A DNA stretch of 63,019 bases, counting the filler, from Choristocarpus tenellus KU-1152 (Eukaryota > Protista > Phaeophyceae): NCBI GenBank assembly GCA_964200185.2. It is 8 parts of 8 records of this genome, joined end to end, with 100 filler letters (N's around TTAATTAATTAA, not from the genome) between each part and the next. Parts side by side here need not be neighbours in the genome. Positions count along the whole stretch, not along the records: positions 30,759 to 57,868 come from CAXNAD020000153.1; 7 more parts are not named here. One strand, written 5' to 3'. The notes under the pieces were generated by a model. The model saw only the letters and a program-made list of their open reading frames with translations. It was not told the DNA's origin and did no database searches. How positions within the stretch are numbered: the stretch's first letter is position 1; every line of letters starts with the position of its first letter. The position numbers and the translations under genes are program-made. Shown in pieces: positions 36,445 to 50,220 of this stretch.

Positions 36445-38537
36445 CTCTTGAACGTGAGCTCTTCCATGGAGGGTCCCAATGCTTCTGCGAGGTTTCTTGT
36501 TGGTAGGCCAACTGCCTGCACCCTGTGAAACAGGACAAGTAAACCAGAGATGAGTGTTTATGCATGTTTGCGCAAAGAGGATATGCAGGGAGCACCAACA
36601 CTAGGGATGGGATAGGGATATAGCACCCCCTGCTGGTTTGAGCTTCATGTCTCATGTATGAATCTCAAAGCTCTGTGGGGGAAGGTTGCTATGTAAAATA
36701 ATGTATTTCCACTATACTGTTGGAAACCGTAACTCTGGGATGATAAAAAAAAACTCTTTGTGTGCAACGAGAAAATATATTGGTTCTTTTACTTCGCTTG
36801 GAAAGGTAAGTCACAGAGGCATGCCACAGTGAATTTCAGTTCTGACTTGTTGATAAAAAAACACCGCGATCGGTTCCACCTTGTGAAAGTCCTGGACAAG
36901 GTTTGCTCTGACTGCAACCTTAGGCAAGGTTTCAGTGGTTGTTATGCAGTTGAGTGGGTGGGGACTCACGCAAAAAGAGAGACTGATGTCTGCGAGCGGC
37001 ACTCCAGTTTAATGTACCGGCACGGAAGGTGACCCAGGGGAATGTCCTTTACATAATTATGGGGAAGGCGTTGCCATGACTTCACTGTAGCAAGAGAAAT
37101 ATCCAGAGAGGTAGCAGGGATCAAAATGTCACATTAGGTTGGATCTCAATCATGAATTGCAGAATGTGCCATGTTTCACTTAAGGGTGAGAGGAGAGGAG
37201 ACAACAGAGATACATGCGTTCAGGCATCATTTCTTGAGGAGGATTGAATGTCTAGTGTGGCAGGCTGAGCTGAACCTGCACCAATGGCAAATAGTCAGTT
37301 ACCATGAAGGCAGGTGAACACAGACTGTACAGACTTGGCACTTGCCTGAGGAAAAAAAGGAAACATCAGGCACAGAGTCTACAGTGCTTTCTTCTGATCA
37401 TTGTACAGTTGGGTACAAAAGGGTAGTTGGAGTCCACAAGGCTGACTTACAAGTGACAAAATCTTGTTTCTTCGTACCCTTGACAGAAATGGAGAGCTGA
37501 ATGGAAGTGGTGGCCTTGTTGTGCACTCGCAAGAATGAGAGCAGCGACTTTTCCTCTCTGGTTTGTTTGGCAGACGTTCATAGCACGGGTTAAGGAAAGT
37601 CCGAGAAAGTATTGTGATTCATGCAAGGAGGAGCACGGCGGAAAAACGAGGAGGAAGTTTAGCGTAATATTTCGACCGCCGAGATACCTTCTACTACAGT
37701 ACATCCCTGGGCAGTGATGAGCACAAAATTTGAAACATGTTCGTCTCTGGTCCACTTACTCTCTGGCATTTTGTCTAGGAGGGCTACGTAAGACAATAAA
37801 CTCCGGAGAGTAGCACCTCTTTCCACCCCACTACCCCAATAAATGTTTTTCGGCTGGGGTCTCGAGTACTGAACATCGCATGGTACCCGTTGCCATGTGA
37901 TCACGAGCCCTTCAGCATTTACAGTAGCTCCTAGAGCTCCACTCTTTGTCCTACACGAATGTCCATACTCATCTATCATGGTCAAAGACGCAGAAAAATA
38001 CTTACAGTTCTAGGAGGATCCAGCCACTGCCTGTGCCCCCACCTTTCCAGCAGCTTCCTTTACCCCACTTACGCAGGTTTTCAGCTGGACCGTCAGGGCA
38101 ACTATAGCTTGCTGCCACGATTGGGACGAGAAGAGATCACTTCAGTTAGCAATGATTTCCAATTCAGGTTGCAAGATATGAAATGTCTTCTCGTTTTTGA
38201 TTTTGTTTGGCTCACGGGTTAATCACTTGACTGAACACACCCACGTCGATTGTGTCGCTGTGTGCGATGTAGGTCAGGTTGTGAAATACCGTAGAACACC
38301 ATCCACTCCCAATGAGGCCACACTGTCGGTCCCTTTATTTCAGAAATCATTTATGGTTGAGATAGAAACGAACGAACCTCTCTCGATGGTATAGTCCAGC
38401 CGTCGAAGCTCAGAAGTCACTTCATCAAGCTCCAACTTTGACGGGGTACCCTGCGACCAAGAACGGAGAACCTCCCCAATGCGACCTGTGCTCGACGATG
38501 GACGACCGCCCTTTCGATGCCGTCTAGGTTCTTCCAT
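36445..38537 (-). CDS. Multi-exon gene encoding a galactose-binding-like (jelly-roll) domain protein; 3' end not resolved
   Basis: Exons 38537-38378, 37972 to about 37688 (junction ambiguous), 37557-37451, 37084-36970 and 36522-36445, with GT-AG boundaries and matching phases at the unambiguous junctions. Peptide SLLSFLRVHNK...LPHNYVKDIPLGHLPCRYIKLEC...SLFAVQAVGLP fits a discoidin/APC10-like strand pattern. Confidence 0.72.
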
Positions 38538-38635
38538 GCGAAACTTGCATGCAGTATGGTATAGCTAACAAGGCAATCACATAAAGCGGTAACAAGACGA
38601 GTGGTCCACCAAGGGGTCTGTGTACTGCCCAATGT
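38538..38635. promoter_or_regulatory. Candidate bidirectional promoter in a CpG-rich patch
   Basis: Lies between the minus-strand ATG at 38537 and the first plausible ADA2 ATG at 38636; about 18 CpG counted in 38341-38640. Confidence 0.5.
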
Positions 38636-38842
38636 ATGGGTGAAGGTGAGTAAGTATTACTAACAATTGAAATGTAGTAACGGGAAAATCATAATGAGGC
38701 GTCGGTTCCTCCCTTCTCAACTCATCTTTCTTGTATCAATCATTCAGTACACGTTGACCCTTGTACTGCCTGTTCTACCAACAGACCACAACCTCTTCGT
38801 CCAGCTACTCACCCCTTCCTGTCGACAGTGTTTGTTACCACT

Positions 38843-41800
38843 ATGTGGGGAACGATGTTGACTTCCTCCGAAAATGAGATGCTTAATATGCTTCCTCAGC
38901 GAGATGGTTCCCAAATTTCGTGTGAATCCTGTAAAAAGGACATCAATGGGGTGAGTGCAAATGGCAGCATCTGTTCATATACGTTATTTAACCCAGAAAT
39001 CTTATCCGGGCATGTCGATATTCTTTAAACACTATTCCCCTCCTTGAACTTGTCCACGTGAGTGCTCGCCCCTTAGGAGGCCTTCGGGCTTTTTGTGTGT
39101 CCATTTGTGAAGGTGGAAAGTTTTGAAATTTTAGCGAACTAGACAATGTCCAAATTTCCATGGGTCAAATAATATTGAGGGTTTAAAAAGATTTGATATA
39201 CTCCCCCTTTCTCGAAGGACTGGTTTTGCGTGGGGTACCGTTTCAACTCTGTATTACAAACTGAAATCTTTGTTTCAATACATATCTATTTATATTACCT
39301 TGTGTTGGCTATCGTGTGACCTACCGGTCACTGTTACAACAACCTTAATTTACATGTAACACATCGCTGAATATCATATTATATAATCCACAGATTTGTA
39401 TGGTTCCATATCGAAGTCCGTGACCCTTCCCTTTTGTCCCCTTCCCATGAGAAGGGATATATTACTGGGACTGAGGATTCAGCGATGAAAAAGCATCGTT
39501 TCCTTTTTTCCCTCTGGTTTGTACCCATGCCCCTGCCCCCTTTACCTAGCCTCATCCTATCCTTTTCCACCCACTGTTCACATATCTTTATTGTCTACCC
39601 CTCCCTAGTCACGTGCTTATTCTTGTACGTCCCTTATCCTCAATTTCACATGTAGCACTACACATCGCACGTCCCGAAATTTTCTTCTTACGCCCTTCCT
39701 CGACCCACCCTCCCCCAATTTTTGGCTTGAATATTTAGCTGGCGCGTATCCGTTGTGCGGAGTGCACCGAAAAGATAGACGTTTGTCTATCATGTTTCTC
39801 AACTGGAGCAGAAACAAAGAGGCACAAGAGTGACCACCCCTACAGAGTCATGGACAGCCTCAGCTTCCCCTTATTCTCAGGTTGGTACAGTTCGTATTAT
39901 CAGTCTCGAATAATTAAAACTAAGGCCCGACCGGGACAGAGAATAAACTGGCAATTATTTATTGTTGACAAGGTTGTCAATTGAAAAAGTTTTAAATAAG
40001 AGGAACCTTCATGTTGGTCGATACTTCACGTTGTCACCATAATTTCTAGCAGAAGAAGTACCTTCTGCACTTCTGTTCACTATTATTTCAACGACGTTGA
40101 AGTATTGACCAATGAATGATAAGGTTCCGCTTTTTAAAACCCTTCTGATGTGGCTTACCTGTTTCGTCATACCAAATATAATGCTTTGAAAACTCTGCTC
40201 GATAGGACCAGACCGAAATTGCTGAGAGTTGAGAAGGAAGCTTATCAATAGGTGTATGTATCATCACATGTTGTAACAACGATGGGGTGGGGAGGAGATT
40301 TCCAGGGTAATACACTAGACTGAGTATTTGTGATGGGAACAGACTGCGAGCCAGCTCGGTAAGAACATGACTTTTTAAAGGGCTGGACCAGGCCTGTAGT
40401 TTTGGTGGGGTCTTGCACAGGCCACTTCAGACAAGATAATTGAAAGGACCAGAATGGGTGTTAGTAATATTACATGGACTGGTTTTCAGGTTGGGTGAGA
40501 CTGGATGGTTTGTGCATGAATTATGATGAGATTCAATATCTGATGTTGCAGATTTTAAAACTCTAAAATTCTAATAGTACCAATTTTGTAAACATGAATA
40601 TAAAAATATTGATTTTTAAAGAAAATAAGTAATGTGCCCCTCCCCCCCTCCCCTCTCATGTTCTCAATGAGTCATGCCCCCCTCCCCCTGTGTGTTTTGG
40701 GTATTTTTTGTTCTCAGTCCTCTTTTTTTATATGTACATGTTTTTTTCTTTTTTATTACCCGTGCCACACTTGAAGAGCTTAAGAGTAGCAAATATTACC
40801 TGTACATATGTGCATGCGCTACATTGTTCTAACCAGACCCTTGCAGCCTGATCAGTGTAGACCTATTGAAAAGAAAGCTATTAGTAGCACAAGGAGAGAA
40901 TTTTTGAATGAACTTGTGCTCCTGGGGATAGGTATTTTTCTGTTTGACCTGACTGCCATGTAATATTTTTTTCCCTTCAAGTGTAGCACATCAAAGGAGT
41001 GTTTTGTTTTTTGTTATTTTGTTGCAGAGGATTGGACTGCGGCAGAGGAGCTGACGTTGGTGGATCATGTTCGCAAGCTGGGACTGGGGAGCTGGGATGA
41101 GATTAGTGATGTGAGTAAAGGCTTTTGTTGGGCGATCTTGTGTGGTGAAAATTCCTGGGTGCCTGCAGGTGCAGCCTGTGTTTTTATTGTGAAATAATAA
41201 TAATTTTTGTACAGTGTATTATTTAAATAATGTGTAAATAATATTTTTTTAAAGAAATGTTTGTTCTTGTTGGTTTTTATTTTATTTTATTTTATTTTAA
41301 AAAAATCTAGGGGTACTTGACCCCTATATTGTACTGTTGGTACATCCTTCACCGCCATTTGGTTCTGTATGTGTGTGGTAGGGGAATGTGTAACTGTCAG
41401 TGGTAAGTGTGGCTTTTTTTTGAAAGGGCAATATGGTGTTGTGTGTTTGCACCATTGTACTTTACTAGGGATGCTCCTCCTACTGTCTTTAGAGTATTTG
41501 TCTTTAGAGTATGTGCTGTCAATGTTATTCGCATTTTGTGATAAATATGCAGGCCTTGCACAGGAAGAAAACGCCTGCACAGGTGAGGGAGCACTACCTC
41601 GATCTGTACCTTGGGAGGCATGGTTCAGTGCTGCCTCCAAAGTGGCTCCGTAAGAACACCACCAATGGTAGTAATGGTAGTGGAGGGAGAGGAGATGGAA
41701 AGGGATTGGAAGAGATTGTTCTGCCCATGACTGAACCTAGTCCCCGGGCACCATTCAAGAAAGGCGAAAAGGTGAACCAAGTGTTTTATATTCACATTTG

Positions 41801-44800
41801 TTTGGTGTTGAGGCACAGTCTCAGGTGTTGGAGAAGGAGGGTCAAGGGGGAGATTGAGAGAAGATGGTTACATACAATGGGTATTATACTTTAGTTTTTT
41901 ATACTGTGGGACAAGGTGTGTAATATGTTTAAAGGGATGGTGATTGTTACAATGTGTCTGAACTAGTTTCTCATTACCAAATAGTTGTCTCAAAGAAATT
42001 TCCTGTGGCAACGCTAGTTCAACTCTGAATATACGTTCAAAGCTAGTTGAGCACATGTAACGTTGACCCTAACCCTAACCCTAACCATGACAATTAAAAA
42101 AAAAAGGTGAGTTCAGCGGACCTGGCCAATCGTAAGATTGCTGACCTTGGGACTGGACATGTCATTCCGGAGATGTATAAGTACCCCCCTGCATGGGGGC
42201 TTGTGGCAAATGGACAGGCAGGAGCAGGTGGTGGAGGTGGAAGTGGAAGTGGTAGTGAAGAATTAGGAGGGTGGGGTGGGGTGGGAGGAGGAAAGCGTAA
42301 GAGGGAGGAGGATGGGTTTGCAGAAGAGTTTGGCAAGTCGGTGCCGTTTGGTGAAGGAAGGAAGGCGTTGTTAAGGAAGAAGGTGAAGGAAGAAACGGTA
42401 AGTTGGTACTTTTTTAGTGAAGAAAATAGTATTAATCACTGCAAGTTTTTTTAGATTTGAGATGTGAGGGAGGGTGCTGGTGTAATTGCATGGCTATGTT
42501 ACAGTATAGTCTCTGGTTGAGTTGGTTGTGTGGTGGGTAAAAATATGTGGAAGTGATGGGAAGATTGAGTTGTGGTACATCTTTAGTGTTTGTCTAGAGG
42601 TATACTATACTGTAGAGTAGGCTATTGTCTAGGTTTGATGCCAATGGACATGTTGCTGTATTGGTGTTAGTCCTTTCATGTCATGTCATGTCATGTCATC
42701 TGCTTCTTTTTTTTTGTATGATTTTTTAAAATCTTTTTTGTTCCTCCAGGGTACTGTATTGTGTACTGTAGTAATAGTATCATGCTCTGCTGTACAGCCT
42801 AGGGGTTAGCCGTTTGGAGTTTTTTTAACACTTTTTCTGTTGGTCAATCCTGTTGAAGAGGTATTTGCTGTTACAAGTTAAGCTGAAGGGATTGAAGAGG
42901 TATTTGCTGCAATGTCAACTATATCATGCAAAGCTGACTGGAGGGGGTAAAGAGGGGTGTTTTTATTTACATTTTTAGTCCCATTGTATGGAGTAGAGTA
43001 GAGTAACCCTAACCCTAACCCTAAGTAGAGATGATGTACAGTGTGGTGTTGGAAGCTTGATAGGACATGTTGCGTCTAAAACTGGTTGATACTCAATTTG
43101 CATGTGATGTGAGGCTGTACATACTGCTTCTAGAAGAAAAGGTGTGTGCTTTGGATTTATTAGTTTATATATGTATAGCCTATCAAATTTATTATTTTAT
43201 ATTTGTGTAGCCTATCAGATTAATTATTTTATATATGTGTAGCCTATCAAATTTCGCAATATTCATCATGTATTAGTCAGTAGGTATCACATTATTATTT
43301 TATTAGTCACATTATTATAGTCATTAGTCTGGCTGTATATACTCACATGGTGCTTCTTGGTGATCGGTGCTTGGGGTTGAGTGTATATGCTTGATTTGTT
43401 TTTGGAGTTTGGAAAATCAATGTAGCATCTGTGTTGAAGAAATATGGAATATAGGTTCGTATATGTGTTTTTTTGGGGGGGGAGGGGGAGGGATACATTA
43501 TCTCAATTTGACATACCCCCACAATACACACACTCCCTCTTTCTCTCTCACATGAATACCTACACAATTGCATGAACAGTTGATCAAGGCTTGGGTGGAG
43601 AAACTTCCTGGTGGTGATCTTACTGGCTACTGGCCCCTGCGAGGTGACTTTGAGGTGGAACATGACAATGACGCAGAAAAGGTGAGGTGATCTTACTCCT
43701 TTTAGTTCCCTTCCACAACTTGCTCTCCCTCCTCTGGTTAATGCTTTTTTCCCATTGTAGTAGTTATTTATTATTATTATTAATTGGTGGGGTTAGTATA
43801 GTAGTATAGTAGTATAATAGTATAGTAGTATAGTAGTACGGACTCTATTTGTATGTCCGTTGCCTGTTGTTTAGTCAATGAGTTGTGTATGTTTAGAGTA
43901 AGTGCATTGGGTTGTTAATAAAAAGTAACTTTTTTTGTGGTGTCTGTTGTGTATCAAACCAGTCAGTTACACTCTCCGATTGTGTGCATGTTATATTTTT
44001 TGTTTATAGTGTTGATTGATGTTGATTAGGGTTAGGGTTAGGGTGAGACAAGTTGATTAGTGTTGTTTTGGAGACCTTTCTGTGAAGACCTTTCTGTGAG
44101 GGTGCATGTACTGTCTTGGTGAGGCAATCCTTGGTGAGCAGCAGCTGTTGTCTGGAGGATCAAGGATGACTGTGACTGGCTGAGACCCCCACCTCCATTC
44201 CCCACCCCCCTGGTGCTGTCCACCGTGCTTGTGTGATGTTGGTGTATGTTGGTGTATGTGTTTGTTTTTGATGTTTTTGATTAAATGACTCTTAGCTACT
44301 GGCGGACATGGAGTTTACCTGTACTGACCACCCCAGCGAGAGGCAGCTGAAGCTTGATGTCATCTCCGTGTACAACCAAAGGCTGGATGAGAGGGAGAGG
44401 TGTGATGCACGTGATTGACACATCCATTTTGTTATTGTACACATGTCAGCATAATTAGCATCCTAAGGCTTAGCAACCCTAAATACCCATCACACTGTCC
44501 CTATTTATTGATCCCATGACACTTGTCCATACCTTCCTATTCATGTTTTTCTTGTGATAGGTGATGGTGATAGGTGATGGTGGTGTGTTTGTTGCTTCCT
44601 TCCTACTTCCTACCTGATGATGCTTTGTTCCGTGCTATGTCTGTCTATGTCTATGTCTGTGTGTGTGTGTTTTTTTTTTTACTGTACAGGCGAAAGAAGT
44701 TTGTTATGGATCACAAATTGCTGGACTTCAAGAAGCAGAATGCTACAAAGAAGCGGCTCAAGGTACAGTATTGTTATGATTGAGGATATACTGTTTACTG

Positions 44801-47800
44801 TTGATACAGATGAATTGCTATTGTTTGTTTGTATACTGTTTATTCCTGAAGCATGTCAAGCATGACACCATCTCCCCTTACCTCCCCTCCCCATTTTCCG
44901 GCCCCCGTGTGTGTGTGTACAACTAATGTGTGTGTGTGTGTCAAGGTAGCGATTTGATATTTGAAAGCTAGAGCAGAGAACCATCATACATGTGCATTAG
45001 CTATATTTTTTTAAGTAGAGGAGTGCACCCGCTCAGAAACAAATGGTTCTTTTTGGAGTTACCCTTGGAAATATTTCTTTTCCTCCCTGCTTGTGTAAAA
45101 TTTGTATGTTCTACGTTTGTAGCATTTAATTGCATCCATTTTTTGCTCTAGATTACTGACTGTTTGAAGAAGAATCCACCTTTGGTGGTGCCAGACTGGA
45201 AATCAGTGACAGGCTGTGTTGCGTGCATTGGTTGAACCGTTTTCAATTTCTGTATTTCATGCTGTACTGTAATACTTGTATTGCATTCCGGCCCTAACCT
45301 TTGATTTCCGATGAAGAATGAGACAATATATATATATATATATATATATATTATGGTTAGCCGTTGAACATGAGAAAGAAAAATGAGATCTTTGTGTTAC
45401 GTGGGTTACGTGTGAAAATGTTCTCAGACTACTCATCACAGACAGTCACCGCAGACTACTCACCTACTATGGTTTTTTGACAGACAAGGACACTTGTACT
45501 GTGTTGCTGTGGTTTTTTGTGTGTGATGCACCTACTATGGTTGCTGTTTATGGTTTCCTCCTATGACAAGAGAGTTTATGTTTATGTTTTGGGTATGTGT
45601 TGTCCAACCTCATACCCTCACACTCTAGACTGGTCCTGGTTGCCTAATCACACCTTTTTTTTTTGGTTACTATTTTGACTTTTTTATTGTTGCTTGACAT
45701 TTTTGATGTTTTTTTAATGTAAAATAATATTTTTTGATGATGTTCATCCTCCCTGCTTTAAACTCTTCTCCCATGTCTTGTGGTGTGTCTCATGTCTTGT
45801 GGTGATATCAGGGATTACATACATACATGATCTGGTTTACTCACCCCCCCCCAATGCCATATATGTATGTATGTAAACCAATTGTGATGCTCTGTCGTTG
45901 TGTGCGTGGTGTTGTTTCAAAAAGGGTATGTACTAAATTTTAACATAAAAAAAAAAACTTGAGGGTGTAATTGTAAGATGTGGAATGAGACGTCTTTGGT
46001 GCCATTGGTACGTTAAATTGTGTAGCATTGGTCTCTCTTGTTTTATCCTTCATTTTGTACTTTTTTGTATACTTTTTCCTACTTCAACTACTGTTATCTA
46101 TCATGTTCCTAATTATTACTTTTTATTACTTTTTCAACTTTGTACGCACGCGTTTGTGTGTTTTTTTTCTTTTTTGGGGGGGCAGGAGGACCGTGACCTC
46201 ATTGCTCGTTGCCGTCCCTTTGCAAGGTTCCAGAGTCCAGAGGAGCATGAGGAATTGATAGAAGGACTACTACTTGCCAAGCGTCTCAGGTACTTAGTTG
46301 GGGGTGTTTTGTGTGTGTGTGTATGTGTAGTGTTAATCATTTTGGTAGTACTGTGGTTGGCGGTGAGGTTGTGTTAATTGGACCCTTGATAGGGTGAGGC
46401 ATATGGAGTGAGGTGTGCATGATGGAGTTTAGTGGTGATGGAAAGTATTACAAGTAGGCTTTGGGGTGGTTTGGATATGTGGTTTTGAGGTCTAAGAGTT
46501 GTGTAGGTTTTATTTTTGGTACACTATGCATAGTGTACTGGATATGTTTTTTGTCATCAAAGAAATGTACTTGCAACGCATTTTCACAATGGTGTTTTAG
46601 CATAGGGCATGGGTGTGAATTAGATTTGGGGGTACAAAGGGGGTGTTTTTGTTTGGGGATTATAGATTGTAGTTGGGGTTTGTCCTTTATTTCTGTTTTT
46701 GAAATTTAGATTTGAAATATAGAATAGCTTTGCCTGTTGATTTGTCCTTGTGAAGTACGCCTCTGTGATGAAAGATTGCTGTTTTTTGGGGGGGAGGGAG
46801 GTTGCTTTTATGGTACAGTAGGGGTTAAGTTCCTCAAGAGGTTTTGGTTTTTAGTGCAATGGTTCTATGGGTGGGAGTTATTGGTGAGGGTTGAACAAAT
46901 TGCACTACAGGTTTATGAGCATAAAGGTTCAGGCACACATGAACATACATGGATATGCCAGTTCATGTTTTGATAATTGATAGGCGTTTGTTATGTTATT
47001 TTGTTATTTTGTCCTTTTATGTTTACATTTCTTCTGGGCAGGGCACGTATTGAGCAGTTACAGGGGTATCGAGAGAAGGGCATAACCACCCTGGAGGAGG
47101 CAAATGAATTTGAGGCTCAAAAAAAGCGCAGGACAGAAGAGGTAAGATATGTTAGGGTTAGGGTATTGCTGTGCCTGTGGATGTGCTATGGTGACAGAGA
47201 AGGAAGATGTACATGTCCATATGATGTGGACCCAATCCCAATCCACCATTTGAGATGTGCAACCAGGTGGCCAACAGGTTTTTTTTTTTTCATTGATGGG
47301 AGGGAAGAGTGGCAGGAGTTGTATAGCATGAAAGGCGAGGGGAGGGCGGAGGGGGTTGTATAGTTTGTTGATGTGGTCATCTATGACTATGCAGTGTGTT
47401 GTATTGGTTCCTGCTAGCTTACTACAAAATGAGTTTTTAAAATTACCCTGATAAAAGATAATAAAAAATAATTCAGCACTTTTAAGCGTCCCAAAAAACC
47501 CTAACCCCAACTAACCCTAGCCCTGTTTATGACGAAGAGAAGCAAGTTAAGGATGCAGTGGACAGACTTGGTATCCCAAAGGATAGGAGGGTACCACAGC
47601 GACGTGTCCAACTTTTTGAGTGTCTGTCTGAGTGAGGGCTAGTAGTGACTGGATCAACAAGAGCAAGTTAGAGCAAGTTAGGGAACCTTTTGTGACTCTG
47701 GGGCAGTTGGCGTTGGCACTAGTGGAAGTTTCTACAGTCCTTAGACTGTGAACTTGTTCAATTTCCAAGAATAAAATAATTATTATTGACCGTACCTGAG

Positions 47801-49846
47801 TTGTGAAAAGACCCCTACCTACCATAGCCTGTTCCTGGTCCTGGTCTTGCTGATCTGTTTGTTAGAAGCCCTCAGGTAGGTAGGTAGGTAGGTGGGTAGT
47901 TCCATATATACGGGTAATTGCTGGTTGTGTTGATTTTTCTCAGTTTGAAGTGTGTTGTATATATATGTATCTGATGTGATTGTATTACCTGCCACTGTAT
48001 GTATATATTTTTTTGTTTCTTTATAGATTGCTGCAAAGAAGCACAAGGAGGCTGCTGGGTACTTGTATGACACCTACAACACCAAGAATGGATCCAACAG
48101 GGAACGCAGCAACAGATACCACAACCGTGCTAAGGTACTCCCATACACTCATCATTACACTCATCATACATGTGGGAGATGTTGTCTGTTCTCTTTCAAG
48201 ACTGTGTGTGTGTGTGTGTGTGAATGTGGACAGTTGTCAGTTGGGATGACCACACCATCAAGTCAACAATAGAGGGACAAAGGAGAAGTACATTTTGCTC
48301 TCAAGTTGATAATGAAAATCTCAATCCTAGTCTTATTTTTGAAGGTATTTCTAACTCCCTCCCATGTATTGTTCGATTTTCCTGTTGTGGATGCACAGGA
48401 TGGGGATGGTTTGGTTACCCCTGGGGAAGGGGGGAAGGAAGAGAAGGAGGATCAGCCCCTTGATCTCACTGATGCACCAGGAGTGGACCTACTGAGCAAT
48501 GAGGAGAGAGAGCTCTGCTCTACCCTCATGATGCTCCCCAATTACTACCTTGCTGTGAAGGTATATTTACAGTGATGTATATGTGCTACGTATTTTTGAA
48601 TACTTTGAGGTAGAAGCAATGTAACACCCACATTCCTATCCATACCAGCCTGTGTGTGTGTGTGTGTGTATGGCCAGTTCTGTGATTGCTGTGACTGGCA
48701 AGAGGAAAGCCTCCACCCCACCCTCTGCACCCCCTTCAATTGAGGGCACTAGACCAAGACCACTCCCTTTTCTCTTTTGCTCACCTCCAAAATGGAGTTG
48801 TGTATGTTTGGTTAGGGTACAGAGGATGAACATAGACAAGAGTACCTGGGTAAAACCTGTTCTTAAGTTTGTGTGCTTGCTCCTGTCCTCCTACTGACCT
48901 TGAAGTGAGACTGTTACGTGTGTAGTCTTTTGAGCTGAGGATGCTTGCTGTGCATCTAGGTGACAACAATTTTTTTGAGACAAGATTGCCAGCAGGCATT
49001 CATTGACATGATGTACAACTTTCTTGCCACTTCTACTTTGAGTTTGAAATGAATTACAATGAAAGCAGTATATGTATGTTTGGTAGCAGGCGTCATTGAC
49101 AATTGTCTCAACCCTCTTGTCTTGTATTTTATTTTGTCCTCCCTTTACCCTACGGCAATAGAATGTCATGGTTCAGGCGTTCACGAAGCAGGGTTACCTG
49201 AGAAAGGCATCTGCTAACAAGCTGGTAACACTGGAGACCAAGAGAACAGAAAAGGTTGGTTTGATGGTTTGTTACTTACTGATAGCGATTTCTGCTATTT
49301 GTGGGTACCTTGTTGCATTCCACGGCTTCCCCTCCAAAATGTTTGAGGGGAGACCAACCTAAAATGTACGCTGGAAGGGGCAACCTTCAACCCTCTAAAA
49401 TGGAGTTAGAGGAGATCATTTGATGTGTTGTATGAATAGTTGTGCTCTGGGTCAAATCCCAGAAGATACCCCATGATGTGTGATGGGGTGAGTGTTTTGT
49501 TTTGTTGTGCGACCAGTAAGTGATATGGTTGAGTGTTATGTCTGGTAGAATCAGCACCTTCTGTTGCTGGTTGTTTGAGTTGTCATTGCCGTTGCAGCCA
49601 GGCCTGTCACCTTTCCTCCATTTTTGACTTTTCATTTTCAACTTATCCTCTCACACCCCAGGGTCCACATCAGGGTCAGTTGTTGTTTGTCATCAACCAA
49701 TCAGATGGCTTGTTTCTTGTGGTGATTGAATAGTAGGCATGTGTTGATTGGTTGAAGGGATTTCTGTGCTCCCCACATTTTCCCCCCTGCCTAAACCTCA
49801 CTCCTCTCCTGCATGTTGATGTTATACAGCAATTGTATACACTGTA

Positions 49847-49890
<44 letters not shown>

Positions 49891-50220
49891 GCATTGTTCC
49901 GTTTTCATGCACCAGTACATCAGTCAAAGGTCATGTCAGCATTAATGGCACTGATATAGTAGTGGTGATAAGAGTGGGGGGTAGCAGGGGACATGACCCA
50001 AAGAGCATAGTTTCTGCTATTGGGATATAGGCCATGTCTCATCTTGTCCAATAGGACGTGTTTGCCGTGAAACCTCCACCTCAATATTACTGTCTCACTC
50101 ACACGTGATGACGACATCCTTTCCTGCTATCTCCGTGTCCAGATGTACGATTTCTTTGTGTCCTGTGGGCTTGTTAACTCTGAACCCAAGAGGCCAGAGT
50201 ACTTTCATGATAGGGGTTGA
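38843..50220 (+). CDS. ADA2: Transcriptional adapter 2 (SAGA/ADA subunit; ZZ, SANT, ADA boxes, SWIRM), about 588 aa
   Basis: 14 GT-AG exons in consistent phase: 38843-38950, 39739-39880, 41028-41110, 41553-41771, 42107-42397, 43580-43681, 44296-44399, 44690-44762, 46186-46289, 47042-47141, 48027-48134, 48399-48560, 49162-49254, 50143-50220. Motifs CESC...RIRCAEC...CLSCF...HKSDHPYRVM, DWTAAEEL...GLGSW, GYWPLRGDFEVEHDNDAE, YNQRLDERERRK, LLSNEERELC, YDFFV. A possible extra 5' exon ending at 38645 (ATG 38636) adds 8 aa. Confidence 0.96.
43156..43251. repeat. 32-bp tandem repeat x3 in an ADA2 intron
   Basis: TTTATTATTTTATATATGTGTAGCCTATCAAA-like unit repeated three times. Confidence 0.85.

Noticed and set aside
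40085-40160. piggyBac-like fragment (SIDQ*MIRFR...KPF*CG) in an ADA2 intron
   Set aside because: Too short, stop-ridden and wrongly spaced to support.
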